DNA of 64,000 bases. It comes from an uncultured Gammaproteobacteria bacterium. Its GTDB lineage: Bacteria; Patescibacteriota; Patescibacteriia; UBA11705; DATKZF01. This document shows, in pieces, positions 1 through 9,167 of this stretch (position 1 is its first letter; every line of letters begins with the position of its first letter). The position numbers and the translations under genes were made by a program. Where the stretch lies: contig CAYPKD010000006.1 in NCBI GenBank assembly GCA_964411255.1, positions 67,097 through 131,096 of the forward strand, in the 5' to 3' direction. The notes under the pieces were generated by a model that did not search any database, was not told the DNA's origin, and worked only from the letters and a program-made list of their open reading frames with translations.

Positions 1-1782
1 CATATCAGCTTCCTCTTTTTCTTTTTTTACCTCTTCTTGCCTTGCTACAACTCTTTCCTGGACTTCTTTTTGCTGGCCAGAGCGCTTAAGGTCAAGAGCA
101 AGATTGTCAAATTCTGCTAACGGATATACATCTTCTTCTGTTTCAATGTATACGCCAGCCACTTCATCTCCGTCGCGGGTAAAAACCAGTTCAGAAGAGA
201 GCTGAGACATGCCACTCAGAGCATGCTGCTGGCCTTCAAGCAGCAGGAAGTAAACTGTATTATCACCGGTCATTTCCGTTGACACTCTTCGCACCCTGCC
301 CTTGAACGATCGGCGTTCTTTGCCCGTAGTCGGCGCGATCAGCTGACCAGCAAGGCCGGTCTTGTTCTGAAGATTACGCAGAGCAATGTGCTGATCATCA
401 CCGATGTAGAGCTCATTGGTTTCAGCATCGACCATGGCAACAGACTTGAAAGTACCGTTCTGACCCAACACTGTGGATACCCACACCTTTCGGCCATAGA
501 AATTGTACAGAATCGGGTCTGAACCAGTCCAATTCTTATAAGCAATTTCATTATTGATAACTTTCAAAACCGCCTGTTCATTCAAACCAGAGGTCTTAAA
601 ATACATAACAGCGCCGGTTCGAGAATGAAGATACATCAGGCCGACAAGCGCCTCGTCCTTTGAGCTTGAAGAAGTGATGCCTGTAAACCAATACGGCTCA
701 CCATCACTGCCATATACGAACATGACAGCATCAGCCACATCATTCATTGGAGTAGGATCAACCAGGCCTTTCTTGCCCCACCAGGAATTCCACCAGCCTT
801 GGCCGTATTTACCCCATTTGGCCATGTACTCCCGGGCAAAAGACTTAGGTACTGCCCGGTCAATCCACTCAGGGATCTCGTCCTTTGGATGGAATGTAGT
901 TTCTCCGTTTATCGGATCAACCACAGCCACACCAGTAATTTTTTCTCCGCTAAAGCCGATTGTTGGTTCGAAAACTGACACCACCCACCAGCCTTTACCA
1001 TCTTCATCTACTTCAAATGAGTATTCGGTCAAGCCTTTACTCATGTATCCATTACTCCAGAGATAGCGCTGCAGGTTATCCCAAAAATACGCACCTGGAG
1101 TATAGACATATTTTTGATCAGATACCAGTTCGACCGGACGTTTTGGATCTTCGGCATGAACCTTGACATAGCCAGGAACAAATCCCTCAGATGTCCAGAT
1201 AGAAAATCCATTATAGTCAAGCGGTACAACCCACCAAAGTTCGCCATTGATCTTCTGACGGGTCATATAGTCGTAAGCAACCTTATACTGGCTGCCCAAG
1301 GCCTGCTCAGCATCTCCGAGCTGTTTATCAGCCATGAACTGGGCCAGCTGCCGAGGAACAATCATAATATGAGCAGGATCAGCCTGCTGCATATCTGTTG
1401 TCCATTCACTGGTTTTCACATCACCAATCAGTCCATGGTAATCACCAGACCGAAAAGCAGGGCAACCAACAAAGTATGCCACCACAAAAGACACGATTCC
1501 AACAAGTGGCATAGCAATAGTCCAGTTGGTTTTCCAGTCCTGTCCAAACCCTTTTAGATCTAAGCATGAAATTATTGACGAAATTGTCACATTGAACACT
1601 ACTGCTCCGCCAATCCAGCCGAAAAGCATCCAGACAGTGGATGGACAGAACACATAGAAACAAAACCACCATAAAAGTAGAGAAATTACTCCAAAAACAA
1701 CAGAACCCACCTGCATTTTTTTGTAAATTAATGGAATAAGTCCAATAATTGTAACTGCTAGAGCCAAAAGAAGTGCATACAT
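1..1782 (-). CDS. Membrane-anchored hypothetical protein, 3' end runs off the window (>594 aa)
   Basis: Not in the ORF track because it has no stop inside the window. The parts I translated are open and in one frame (ATG 1782 to ~850, and the first ~30 nt of the window): MYALLLALAVTIIGLIPL..., several N-terminal TM segments, then a soluble domain (..WWVVPLDY..IPEWIDRAVP..). SD GAGGAG upstream. Confidence 0.8.
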   Translation of the reverse strand, partial: MYALLLALAVTIIGLIPLIYKKMQVGSVVFGVISLLLWWFCFYVFCPSTVWMLFGWIGGAVVFNVTISSIISCLDLKGFGQDWKTNWTIAMPLVGIVSFVVAYFVGCPAFRSGDYHGLIGDVKTSEWTTDMQQADPAHIMIVPRQLAQFMADKQLGDAEQALGSQYKVAYDYMTRQKINGELWWVVPLDYNGFSIWTSEGFVPGYVKVHAEDPKRPVELVSDQKYVYTPGAYFWDNLQRYLWSNGYMSKGLTEYSFEVDEDGKGWWVVSVFEPTIGFSGEKITGVAVVDPINGETTFHPKDEIPEWIDRAVPKSFAREYMAKWGKYGQGWWNSWWGKKGLVDPTPMNDVADAVMFVYGSDGEPYWFTGITSSSSKDEALVGLMYLHSRTGAVMYFKTSGLNEQAVLKVINNEIAYKNWTGSDPILYNFYGRKVWVSTVLGQNGTFKSVAMVDAETNELYIGDDQHIALRNLQNKTGLAGQLIAPTTGKERRSFKGRVRRVSTEMTGDNTVYFLLLEGQQHALSGMSQLSSELVFTRDGDEVAGVYIETEEDVYPLAEFDNLALDLKRSGQQKEVQERVVARQEEVKKEKEEADM

Positions 1783-1843
1783 GTGCTGTCTCCTCTTTCC
1801 CTTTGTCAGGGATTGTTTGTCAAAAAACACTGCAAATCATAAT

Positions 1844-1872
1844 ATTATAGTCCTTTTAACTCAATTTGTCAA
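1844..1872 (-). promoter_or_regulatory. sigma70-type promoter
   Basis: TTGACA-N17-TATAAT on the minus strand, ~60 nt upstream of the 1782 ATG. Confidence 0.75.
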
Positions 1873-1875
1873 CAT

Positions 1876-1950
1876 GCATCCTAAATCCTAAAATCTTTGA
1901 TCCTGAATCTTATATCCTAATTACAAATTACTGATTACTGATCTTGTAAT
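1876..1950. repeat. Degenerate 7-mer tandem repeat tract (ATCCTAA / TTACTGA)
   Basis: atcctaa atcctaaa atctttg atcctga atcttat atcctaa ttacaaa ttactga ttactga. Confidence 0.7.
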
Positions 1951-2005
1951 CTCCTACAAGTTGTCTTTTGCAAAACAATCTTATACTAAAAAACTGAGTA
2001 AGGTG

Positions 2006-2683
2006 TTACCCAGCTTGATGCCATAATTTACATTTATCAGCAGGAAATTCAAATACGTGAATCAATCTCCCGCTTTTGAAGTCACGCTTATAATAAGCGT
2101 CTTCTGATTTTTCCCATAGATTAAATGTTTCAATAAAACCCCTAATTAACCTTTCTGAAATGCCGAAATCAGTAGATACTTGGAGCTGCCACATGCCCTC
2201 TTTGTCTATATTTTCCGGCGAAACATCAAGTAGCATTGACCAATCTGGTTTGACAAAAGCTGGTAAAAGATCTATCTCAAACTTAACTTCATAAAACATC
2301 CCCTCTCTGGTATTTTCATCTACAGTAACAATTTCATAATCCTCTGTATCATTTCCAATGCTTTGCTCTTTCGCAACTGGAAAATATTTTTCAAGTTCAT
2401 CTGGAGAACCAAATAATTGCAATACTAAATAATTCTTTTGAGCTTTGGTTGTTCTTTTGGTTACCCAATCCCAATTTAGGAATGAGAAACCAACAAAACT
2501 AAAGCCCAATACAGCTAAAAATATCCTACCTGAAAGTATCAGATCCAGTCCCAATATGATACTGGCAAATGTTACAACAGCTAATGCAAAACGGAGCAGG
2601 ATTATATTTTTCTTTTTGAATGCGAAAAGCTCAATCCCTCCACCGATTAGGATAATGATGATGTACAGGTATGATGCAGACAT
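2006..2683 (-). CDS. Hypothetical membrane protein (3 N-terminal TM helices plus soluble domain)
   Basis: ORF track 2006..2713; start moved to the ATG at 2683 preceded by GGAGG. Confidence 0.7.
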   Translation of the reverse strand: MSASYLYIIIILIGGGIELFAFKKKNIILLRFALAVVTFASIILGLDLILSGRIFLAVLGFSFVGFSFLNWDWVTKRTTKAQKNYLVLQLFGSPDELEKYFPVAKEQSIGNDTEDYEIVTVDENTREGMFYEVKFEIDLLPAFVKPDWSMLLDVSPENIDKEGMWQLQVSTDFGISERLIRGFIETFNLWEKSEDAYYKRDFKSGRLIHVFEFPADKCKLWHQAG

Positions 2684-2788
2684 TATTAGCCTCCCATGAT
2701 CTCCCCCTTTCAAATATGAGTTAAGGTGATGACAAGGCTAAAATATCTATGTAATCTACAAGATTTATAAAATTTTGTCAAATTCGCC

Positions 2789-2888
2789 CAGAGGCGCGGC
2801 TTCGTGTAGGGACAGAACAATGTTCTGTCCTATAAAAAAGTTAAAAAACAGGGCCTGCGCCCTGTTCCAATACGAATTCGCGCCTCTG
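2789..2888. repeat. REP-like nested inverted repeat
   Basis: Outer stem cagaggcgcg/cgcgcctctg enclosing the GTAG-type REP gtagggacagaaca-a-tgttctgtccta and aacagggc/gccctgtt. Confidence 0.6.
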
Positions 2889-2894
2889 CGCCTC

Positions 2895-4871
2895 CTAATC
2901 ATAATAAATAACCTCATCATCCTCTTTTTCTCCAAAATATGTATTAAAATAATCATCACCGCCAACGGTTACATACAAGGATGGATCAACTTCACGCAAA
3001 AACATTGACGGTTTATTTACAATTTCTCCATATTCATAACTGATCGTTTTGATCGGAAAAGTCATGGCCAGCTCTTCTTTTGCTCTGGTAACTGCCACAT
3101 AAAAAAGCCTGCGCTCTTCTTCAAGCTGCGACTTGTCTTCCATTGACTTATGATGGGGAAAAGCGCCGTCGCTCAGGCCAATAATTATTACATATGGCCA
3201 TTCAAGACCTTTTGCCTGATGAATGGTGGATAATACAATTTCATCTTTATCTTCTTCTTCCTGACCACGATAACCTTCGCTTAACATAATATCTGCCAAA
3301 AGCGTTTCCAAACTATCATAAGTAATTACAAAATTCATCAACTGCCTGATATCATCAATTCGGTCTCTATAATTGTCAAAAGTATTCTGTGCATATTCTT
3401 TATAATCTACATCCAAAACATGTTTAATCATTTTAGAAATATTTCCTTTTTTATCATCTTGAATTTTGATCAATTCCCGAAAAATATGATTTAAATCACT
3501 CCAACTGGCATCAGCTCTGGCGCTAACTTGGATTTTTATTTCTAAAGATTCACGAAGCGAATTATATTTCATGATTTTTTTCCAAATTTTTTCAGCACTG
3601 GCCGGACCAATACCTTCTCTCATTTTTAAAAGACGCTTCCATGAAATTTCATCTCGAAAATTTTCTAGAATTTTCAAATATGAAACAATATCCTTTACAT
3701 GAGCTTGTTCAAAATATCTTAATCCGCCGCGAACAACATAAGGAATATTTTGCTTGCTTAACTCAAGCTGCAGTTCTGCTGACTGATAAGTCGATCGAAA
3801 TAAAACAGCAATATCTCTCAAATCATTGCCTTTATCATGTATTTCAATAATTCTATTTACTACCATTCCTGCCTGCTGATAAGCATCCCTGGCCGGGATT
3901 AACATTGGCAAAATACCGTCATCCTTATGGGTATTCAAAACTTTTTCATACTGGTCCTTATTATTTTTAATACTTTCATTTGCCAAATCTAAAATTTGCG
4001 GTGTGCAGCGATAATTGGTTTCCAGTTTATAAATTTTCGTATTTTCAAATTTCTTTGGAAAATTTAGAATATTTTTAATATCAGCTGCTCTAAATGAATA
4101 AATACTTTGAGAATCATCTCCCACAACCAAAACATTGTTATGATAACTGGCCAATTGATGAATTATTTCTGCTTGGATATGATTTGTATCCTGATATTCA
4201 TCAACCAGAATATATTCAAATTGTTTGGACAATCTTTCTCTGACTTCTGGAAAATTCTTCAGCAATTCAAACCATTTATTTAAAAGATCATCAAAGTCCA
4301 TCAAATTTGCCGTTTTCTTTTTTTCCTGATAACTGGCCGCTACTTCATCAATTTTATGGCTAATATTCTCTGGATACCCATAATTAATTTCAGCTATTTC
4401 CAAAACTGATTTGTGAGTATTAAAAGCATATGAAATTAATTTGTGAACCAATTCTGCTTTTGGAAAATCATGGCCTTTTGTTTTTATGCCAAAGTCTGCG
4501 TAGACAGATTTTAACAAAGAAATGCTGTCTTCCTGGTCTAAAATATTAAAATTCCTTTCATAACCAAGCTTGTCAGCATATTTTCTTAAAGTAATATTTC
4601 CAATATGATGAAAAGTACCCGCCCAAAACTTTTTTGGCTCAAATCCTAAAAGTTTTTTAATCCTGTCAGTCATTTCATTTGCTGCTTTATTTGTAAATGT
4701 AACTAATAAAATATTTTCCGGACTTACTCCTTTTTCAATTAAATAAGCAACCCGATACACCAATGTCCGGGTTTTTCCACTGCCAGCGCCTGCCAAGACT
4801 AAACTAGGCCCTTTGGCTTCAGTTACTACCGTAAATTGTTCTTGATTTAATTCTTTTGCAAAATCAATCAT
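2895..4871 (-). CDS. pcrA: ATP-dependent DNA helicase, UvrD/PcrA family
   Basis: AGAGSGKT, VDEYQDTN, VVGDDSQSIYSFR, LETNYR, STIHQAKGLEW, EEERRLFYVAVTRA; start set at ATG MIDFAKELN. Confidence 0.93.
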   Translation of the reverse strand: MIDFAKELNQEQFTVVTEAKGPSLVLAGAGSGKTRTLVYRVAYLIEKGVSPENILLVTFTNKAANEMTDRIKKLLGFEPKKFWAGTFHHIGNITLRKYADKLGYERNFNILDQEDSISLLKSVYADFGIKTKGHDFPKAELVHKLISYAFNTHKSVLEIAEINYGYPENISHKIDEVAASYQEKKKTANLMDFDDLLNKWFELLKNFPEVRERLSKQFEYILVDEYQDTNHIQAEIIHQLASYHNNVLVVGDDSQSIYSFRAADIKNILNFPKKFENTKIYKLETNYRCTPQILDLANESIKNNKDQYEKVLNTHKDDGILPMLIPARDAYQQAGMVVNRIIEIHDKGNDLRDIAVLFRSTYQSAELQLELSKQNIPYVVRGGLRYFEQAHVKDIVSYLKILENFRDEISWKRLLKMREGIGPASAEKIWKKIMKYNSLRESLEIKIQVSARADASWSDLNHIFRELIKIQDDKKGNISKMIKHVLDVDYKEYAQNTFDNYRDRIDDIRQLMNFVITYDSLETLLADIMLSEGYRGQEEEDKDEIVLSTIHQAKGLEWPYVIIIGLSDGAFPHHKSMEDKSQLEEERRLFYVAVTRAKEELAMTFPIKTISYEYGEIVNKPSMFLREVDPSLYVTVGGDDYFNTYFGEKEDDEVIYYD

Positions 4872-4949
4872 AATCAAAGTATAAAATACCAATTACAACC
4901 ATATTACCACGCAAATATAATAATTCCAATAATAATCTTTACTGTATTC

Positions 4950-4977
4950 TTGACATTTTTATTATATAATATATAAT
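4950..4977 (+). promoter_or_regulatory. sigma70-type promoter
   Basis: TTGACA-N16-TATAAT upstream of the 5020 gene. Confidence 0.6.
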
Positions 4978-5019
4978 TAATTCTGCTCTTGTGGTTCCAA
5001 AAAAGGAGGAGGGGAACAA

Positions 5020-5232
5020 GTGCCGCAACAAATCCAAACTTATCCTGAAGGCAGAAGATGCACTATATGTAATATGCGTTTAAGTATTTATAATAAGCAA
5101 GATATATGCTATTCTCATCAGGAAGGTAAAACCATTACTATTTCTGACCAAAGCAGCCATCCAGTATCAAGATCCACTGGACCAGGATCTCCAACTATTC
5201 GGTCTTCAATACAATTTGACGGCTGGTTCTAG
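5020..5232 (+). CDS. Small protein with putative Zn-binding motif (CxxC...CxxH)
   Basis: RRCTICNMRLSIYNKQDICYSH; strong SD GGAGGAGG, GTG start, own promoter and downstream hairpin/T-tract. Confidence 0.7.
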   Translation: MPQQIQTYPEGRRCTICNMRLSIYNKQDICYSHQEGKTITISDQSSHPVSRSTGPGSPTIRSSIQFDGWF

Positions 5233-5329
5233 TGAACTATTAAGATCATTTTCTTAATAGTTTTTTAATACAAAGTTTAGCCAGTTATGCTTGTTATTTT
5301 TATCAACGCTTATATTCGCTTATAGCAAC

Positions 5330-5453
5330 GGGGGTCTGGGGGGCTGATTGCCCCCTGCACGATATTTGGACTCAATCACTGCTTCGCATTTGAAGCCCCC
5401 CAGCGGTTTTTGGTTACTTTTTGGCCGCTAAAAAGTAACTTGGCGCAAGCCAA
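5330..5453. repeat. Structured intergenic element, copy 1 (MITE/REP-like or ncRNA)
   Basis: ctggggggct...agccccccag stem, then ttttggttactttttgg-N-aaaaagtaact hairpin and ttggcgcaagccaa hairpin; same layout as 6725-6847. Confidence 0.6.
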
Positions 5454-5614
5454 CATTGGAAAAGACAAAGCAGGCTTTGGCCTGCATTGGTAAAGATGAT
5501 ATTTAAATTTACTAGGGCTATGCCATTAAACGCCAGCTAGACGAAACTTCAGTGCAGGATGGTACACCCCAGCTGACGCTGAGAGTTTTTTATCTTAATA
5601 AAAAACAGACTTAA

Positions 5615-5857
5615 TTAAGTCTGCTTATCACTATCAATTCCAAAATCTACTGGAATTACTTTTTTGTTTAACAATCCTGATACATCTTTTGGGCTGCAAT
5701 CAATTCTTCGACCGCAAACAGTAGTAAATGTACTATTTTTTTTCATATGAAATCTATCAGAAAACACTAACCCATCTTCTCTAACAGTTGCTTCGTCTTC
5801 AAAAACAAACAAAGTCTCAGTCGGCAGCTCAGCATAGGTCAATTCATTATCTGCCAC
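5615..5857 (-). CDS. Hypothetical protein
   Basis: ORF track 5615..5887; likely GTG start at 5857 after SD GAGGAGG; TTGACA upstream. Confidence 0.55.
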   Translation of the reverse strand: MADNELTYAELPTETLFVFEDEATVREDGLVFSDRFHMKKNSTFTTVCGRRIDCSPKDVSGLLNKKVIPVDFGIDSDKQT

Positions 5858-5979
5858 AGTTCCCCTCCTCTGTATCATCTGTGACACAGCTGAAACATTT
5901 TTATACTAATATTTTTTTCAAAATCTGTCAAGCAATAAACAAAAATCCTCGTCTATATTAATAACGAGGATATATTATG

Positions 5980-6507
5980 TCAGAAGGATATTGGAATACG
6001 ATACCTTGGCTGATGATCGTGTTCGATCGGTTGTAGATGGGATGCTTTGAGGAGACTCAACACAAGATCTTCATATGGAAATTCCAGAATTGGAGTAGTG
6101 GTCACCACTTTGATCACTTTGATCTTAGGTATTTGAGTGTTCTTTGGTTTTGGACGGATCTTTCCTCTATTTCTGCGCATTTGCTCAAACGAAGGCTTTT
6201 CTCTTTTGCCTTCATCCAAAAGACTGGGCACGTCTACTTGTAAATTTTCCACCCTTACGTCCAGTTCTTCAATGCTTTCTGCATTATCTTTGAAACGGAA
6301 ATCACTTGCCAGAAGACATATAACCGTATAACGTGCTCTACCATCAGAGTCATGATATTTTTGTGTCGTTGGGATAAATCCATTCAGACATCCCTTAAAA
6401 TTATAGACTGAAGGCGCTGCTACATATTCCAGCGGCTTTTTTTGCTCTTGTGCAGAGCATGAAATCATCATGTAAACTGCAAAAAAACATGCTACTAATA
6501 CTCTCAT
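5980..6507 (-). CDS. Hypothetical secreted protein or lipoprotein
   Basis: Signal-like N-terminus ending MMISC; SD GAGGAGGG. Confidence 0.65.
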   Translation of the reverse strand: MRVLVACFFAVYMMISCSAQEQKKPLEYVAAPSVYNFKGCLNGFIPTTQKYHDSDGRARYTVICLLASDFRFKDNAESIEELDVRVENLQVDVPSLLDEGKREKPSFEQMRRNRGKIRPKPKNTQIPKIKVIKVVTTTPILEFPYEDLVLSLLKASHLQPIEHDHQPRYRIPISF

Positions 6508-6642
6508 TATGCCCTCCTCTGGATTAGATTATTTGCCCCTGTCAGTCCCACATCTGAATACAATATCATAACAGAAAAAACACTACATGTCAATATTAAA
6601 CAAAAAAACGCCTTTCAGCGCTCAACTTTAATCTTTCAACTA

Positions 6643-6682
6643 TATCGAAAACTCACATCCGCAATAATTCTGCCTGTGAAAA
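6643..6682 (-). repeat. Duplicated 3' end of queH (40-bp direct repeat of 6912-6951)
   Basis: Encodes FHRQNYCGCEFSI followed by TAG; differs from the queH copy at 2 synonymous positions. Confidence 0.85.
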
Positions 6683-6724
6683 AAGTAAATATTGAAAAAT
6701 TTGTCGATCATTCATATCATCAGG

Positions 6725-6847
6725 TTTGGGGTGGTCACTAAGCGTCATGGCAAGAACATAACTCGTATTATTTGCAATAGCGCATTGGCCACCCCAGAAC
6801 TTTTTGGTTACTTTTTGGTTACAAAAAGTAACTCGCCGTAAGGCGAA
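6725..6847. repeat. Structured intergenic element, copy 2
   Basis: tggggtggtca...tggccacccca stem, then tttttggttactttttgg-N-aaaaagtaact and tcgccgtaaggcga hairpins. Confidence 0.6.
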
Positions 6848-6902
6848 ATTGAATAAAAATAAAATCAGGCCCCAGGCCTGTTTTGTATAATTATTTTTTT
6901 TA

Positions 6903-7439
6903 TTAATCCCGTATTGAAAACTCACATCCACAATAATTCTGCCTGTGAAAATGTTCTTTTTCACACAACTGGCAAGACTTTTTAAACCCTTCTCCTTTTC
7001 TCCAAACATTATCAATAAATTCTAATCCATACATCTGTGCCATTTCATGCCCAATCTCATTTATCATTTCTGCAGGCTTATGCGGACTGATTGTTAAAGT
7101 GGTGGCAATGGCGTTAAAATTTTTTTCCTGCGCCACCTGCGCAGTTTCAGAAAGCCTTAAAGTAAAATCTACTTCGCATCTTTTTCCTTTTTCTGGTTCC
7201 TTTTCAAGTCCCTTTACTTTTTCCAGCCAGCCCTCATGATCATATTCACCTTCAATCAATTTAATTTTATATTTTTCACAATATCTTTTAACTTCATTAA
7301 AACGCAATTCATATTCTTCTTTTGGAAAAATATTTGGATTATAAAAAAATGAGACTACTTCATAGCCCATTTGTTTTAGCTGTTCAATAACATAGCCCCC
7401 GCAAGGTGCGCAGCAGGTATGAAGTAAAACTTTTTTCAT
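6903..7439 (-). CDS. queH: Epoxyqueuosine reductase QueH
   Basis: LLHTCCAPC, FFYNPNIFP, TTLTISPHK, RQNYCGCEFS. Confidence 0.92.
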   Translation of the reverse strand: MKKVLLHTCCAPCGGYVIEQLKQMGYEVVSFFYNPNIFPKEEYELRFNEVKRYCEKYKIKLIEGEYDHEGWLEKVKGLEKEPEKGKRCEVDFTLRLSETAQVAQEKNFNAIATTLTISPHKPAEMINEIGHEMAQMYGLEFIDNVWRKGEGFKKSCQLCEKEHFHRQNYCGCEFSIRD

Positions 7440-7442
7440 AAC

Positions 7443-7790
7443 TTATTCCTCTTCCTTTTTCAAAAGCCAACCTGTCAAAGTCGTTACCACTGTATATAAC
7501 AGCGCGCCCAAAACTGCAATCCAAAATCCGCTGACTTCAAATCCTTTGATAAAGGTGGATACAAACCAAAACATCAATCCATTCACAACCAAATTAAACA
7601 ATCCTAAAGTTAAAATTGTAATTGGCAAGGTCAAAAGCTTTATCAAGCCGCCTAATGCTGCATTTACAATACCAAGAACCACAACTAAAATCAAGGCAAT
7701 GTAAAGCCGGTCTACTTCAATGCCTGGCACTAAATAGGCAATGCCCAATAGACCGAGAGCATTTATTAACCATCGCAATATCAGATACAT
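7443..7790 (-). CDS. Four-TM membrane protein, YvlD / phage holin family 4-like
   Basis: RWLINAL...KLLTLPITILTLGLFNLVVNG...GFEVSGFW. Confidence 0.85.
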   Translation of the reverse strand: MYLILRWLINALGLLGIAYLVPGIEVDRLYIALILVVVLGIVNAALGGLIKLLTLPITILTLGLFNLVVNGLMFWFVSTFIKGFEVSGFWIAVLGALLYTVVTTLTGWLLKKEEE

Positions 7791-7831
7791 ATTTTTTAAA
7801 ATTAATAATTAATGATTTCTAATGTTTAATT

Positions 7832-7970
7832 TTCCGTAATATCCGTAACATTCCGTAAATCCGTCACCTCAATCCCCTTATTTTCGTAGCATTCGTAGAT
7901 CTTTCGTAGTCTTCTATAATTCCGTATCCCCTTTCCGTAGCTTCCGTAAATTTCTGTAGGTCCGTATCCC
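7832..7970. repeat. Degenerate ~9-mer tandem tract (TTCCGTAAN)
   Basis: ttccgtaat atccgtaac attccgtaa atccgtca...ttccgtagc ttccgtaaa tttctgtag. Confidence 0.7.
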
Positions 7971-7972
7971 CC

Positions 7973-8500
7973 TCACATCTTACTCTTTATCGCCTTAGTC
8001 AAATTTTTCCAAAAACGAACATCATCCAAACTCTCAAAAAAAGTTTCAACATGTTCTCTTATTATTTTTTCGTTTGCTCTGTAAATTAATTTTGCCATCC
8101 AGTAATAAACAATCAGCAATAAAATAATTAAATATAGAATCCCCCAAAACCATTTGTTCATAATCGTCCAATATGCCACATATACTTTAGCTGTTTGAGA
8201 ATAATACCTGCCATAATAATCCACTGCAGTTAATTTTACAATATAATCCCCTTTTTCAAATGTTCTAATAAATTCCCTCTGCGTTGTTTTATAACCATCG
8301 CTAAACTCCCAGATATAACTCATGTCTCCAGGTTCTAAATTATTCAGTCTTGGTTCAAAATTATATGTATTCCAATCAAGCTGATGAACTCGTAAATACA
8401 CATCTCCAACAGGTAATGCATTTTCAAACGCAAAGATTACAAAAGGCAGGCTTATCACAACCAAAAGAACAAGGAAAATAATTTTATTTTTATAAATCAT
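7973..8500 (-). CDS. PKD-domain membrane protein
   Basis: Signal peptide, SYIWEFSDG...GDYIVKLTAVD (PKD pattern), C-terminal TM helix. Confidence 0.7.
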   Translation of the reverse strand: MIYKNKIIFLVLLVVISLPFVIFAFENALPVGDVYLRVHQLDWNTYNFEPRLNNLEPGDMSYIWEFSDGYKTTQREFIRTFEKGDYIVKLTAVDYYGRYYSQTAKVYVAYWTIMNKWFWGILYLIILLLIVYYWMAKLIYRANEKIIREHVETFFESLDDVRFWKNLTKAIKSKM

Positions 8501-8598
8501 GTTTTTTTGTTTTTCTGTTTCTATGTCTCTCTGTTTCTATGTCTCTCTGTTTCTTTGTTTCTTTGTTTCTCTGTTTCTTTGTTTTTCTGTTTTTATGT
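8501..8598. repeat. 8-mer tandem tract (TTTCTNTG)
   Basis: tttctatg tctctctg tttctatg tctctctg tttctttg... Confidence 0.85.
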
Positions 8599-9036
8599 TT
8601 ATAATGCCTTCAATTCAGACAATGCCGCATGAAAGCTCCTAATCGCTTTTTTCGCTTGCCCCTGAGACAATTTAACATGTGCCTCATGAACAATATTATT
8701 TCTCAATTTGTGAGCCCCCCATACCTGCCGAAGTTTTGGATATTTATAACAGGCCACTTTTAGGCGCTGGCCCATAGTTTCTCCTGGAAAAACTTTTCCC
8801 TTGAGAACAAAATCCAATAGTTTATCAGCATCAATAATTGCCACCCGCCACATTGCTTCACTATCTTTGTTTATTAATACTTCAATTTCCTGCCATCTTT
8901 TCTGTATTTGAGCTAAATCTAAAGTGTCATCTCTTCTTCTTTTTTTTAAAATAACCAGAAATAACCAAATCAAAAAAATAACAATTACTCCTATGAGCAA
9001 GTCATACCAAGAAGCTTCCCAAGTTATATCAAACAT
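8599..9036 (-). CDS. Single-TM conserved hypothetical protein
   Basis: N-terminal TM, WRVAIIDADKLLD, WGAHKLRNNIVHE. Confidence 0.8.
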   Translation of the reverse strand: MFDITWEASWYDLLIGVIVIFLIWLFLVILKKRRRDDTLDLAQIQKRWQEIEVLINKDSEAMWRVAIIDADKLLDFVLKGKVFPGETMGQRLKVACYKYPKLRQVWGAHKLRNNIVHEAHVKLSQGQAKKAIRSFHAALSELKAL

Positions 9037-9039
9037 ACA

Positions 9040-9167
9040 TTTCTATGTTCTTATGTTTCTATGTTCTTTTGTTTCTCTGTTTCTTTGTTTTTTTGTTTCT
9101 ATGTTTCTTTGTTTTTCTGTTTCTCTGTTTCTATGTTTCTATGTTTCTTTGTTTTTCTGTTTCTCTG
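9040..9167. repeat. 8-mer tandem tract (TTTCTNTG)
   Basis: ~16 units of the same type as 8501-8598. Confidence 0.85.

Noticed and set aside
339-1672. Several short ORFs in the track
   Set aside because: All are shadows of the long minus-strand gene starting at 1782.
5531-5585. Hammerhead ribozyme (GACGAAAC ... CTGA)
   Set aside because: There is no intact CUGANGA in the right place, the cleavage triplet would be GUG, and the flanking stems do not fit. It is only an unexplained GC-rich hairpin.
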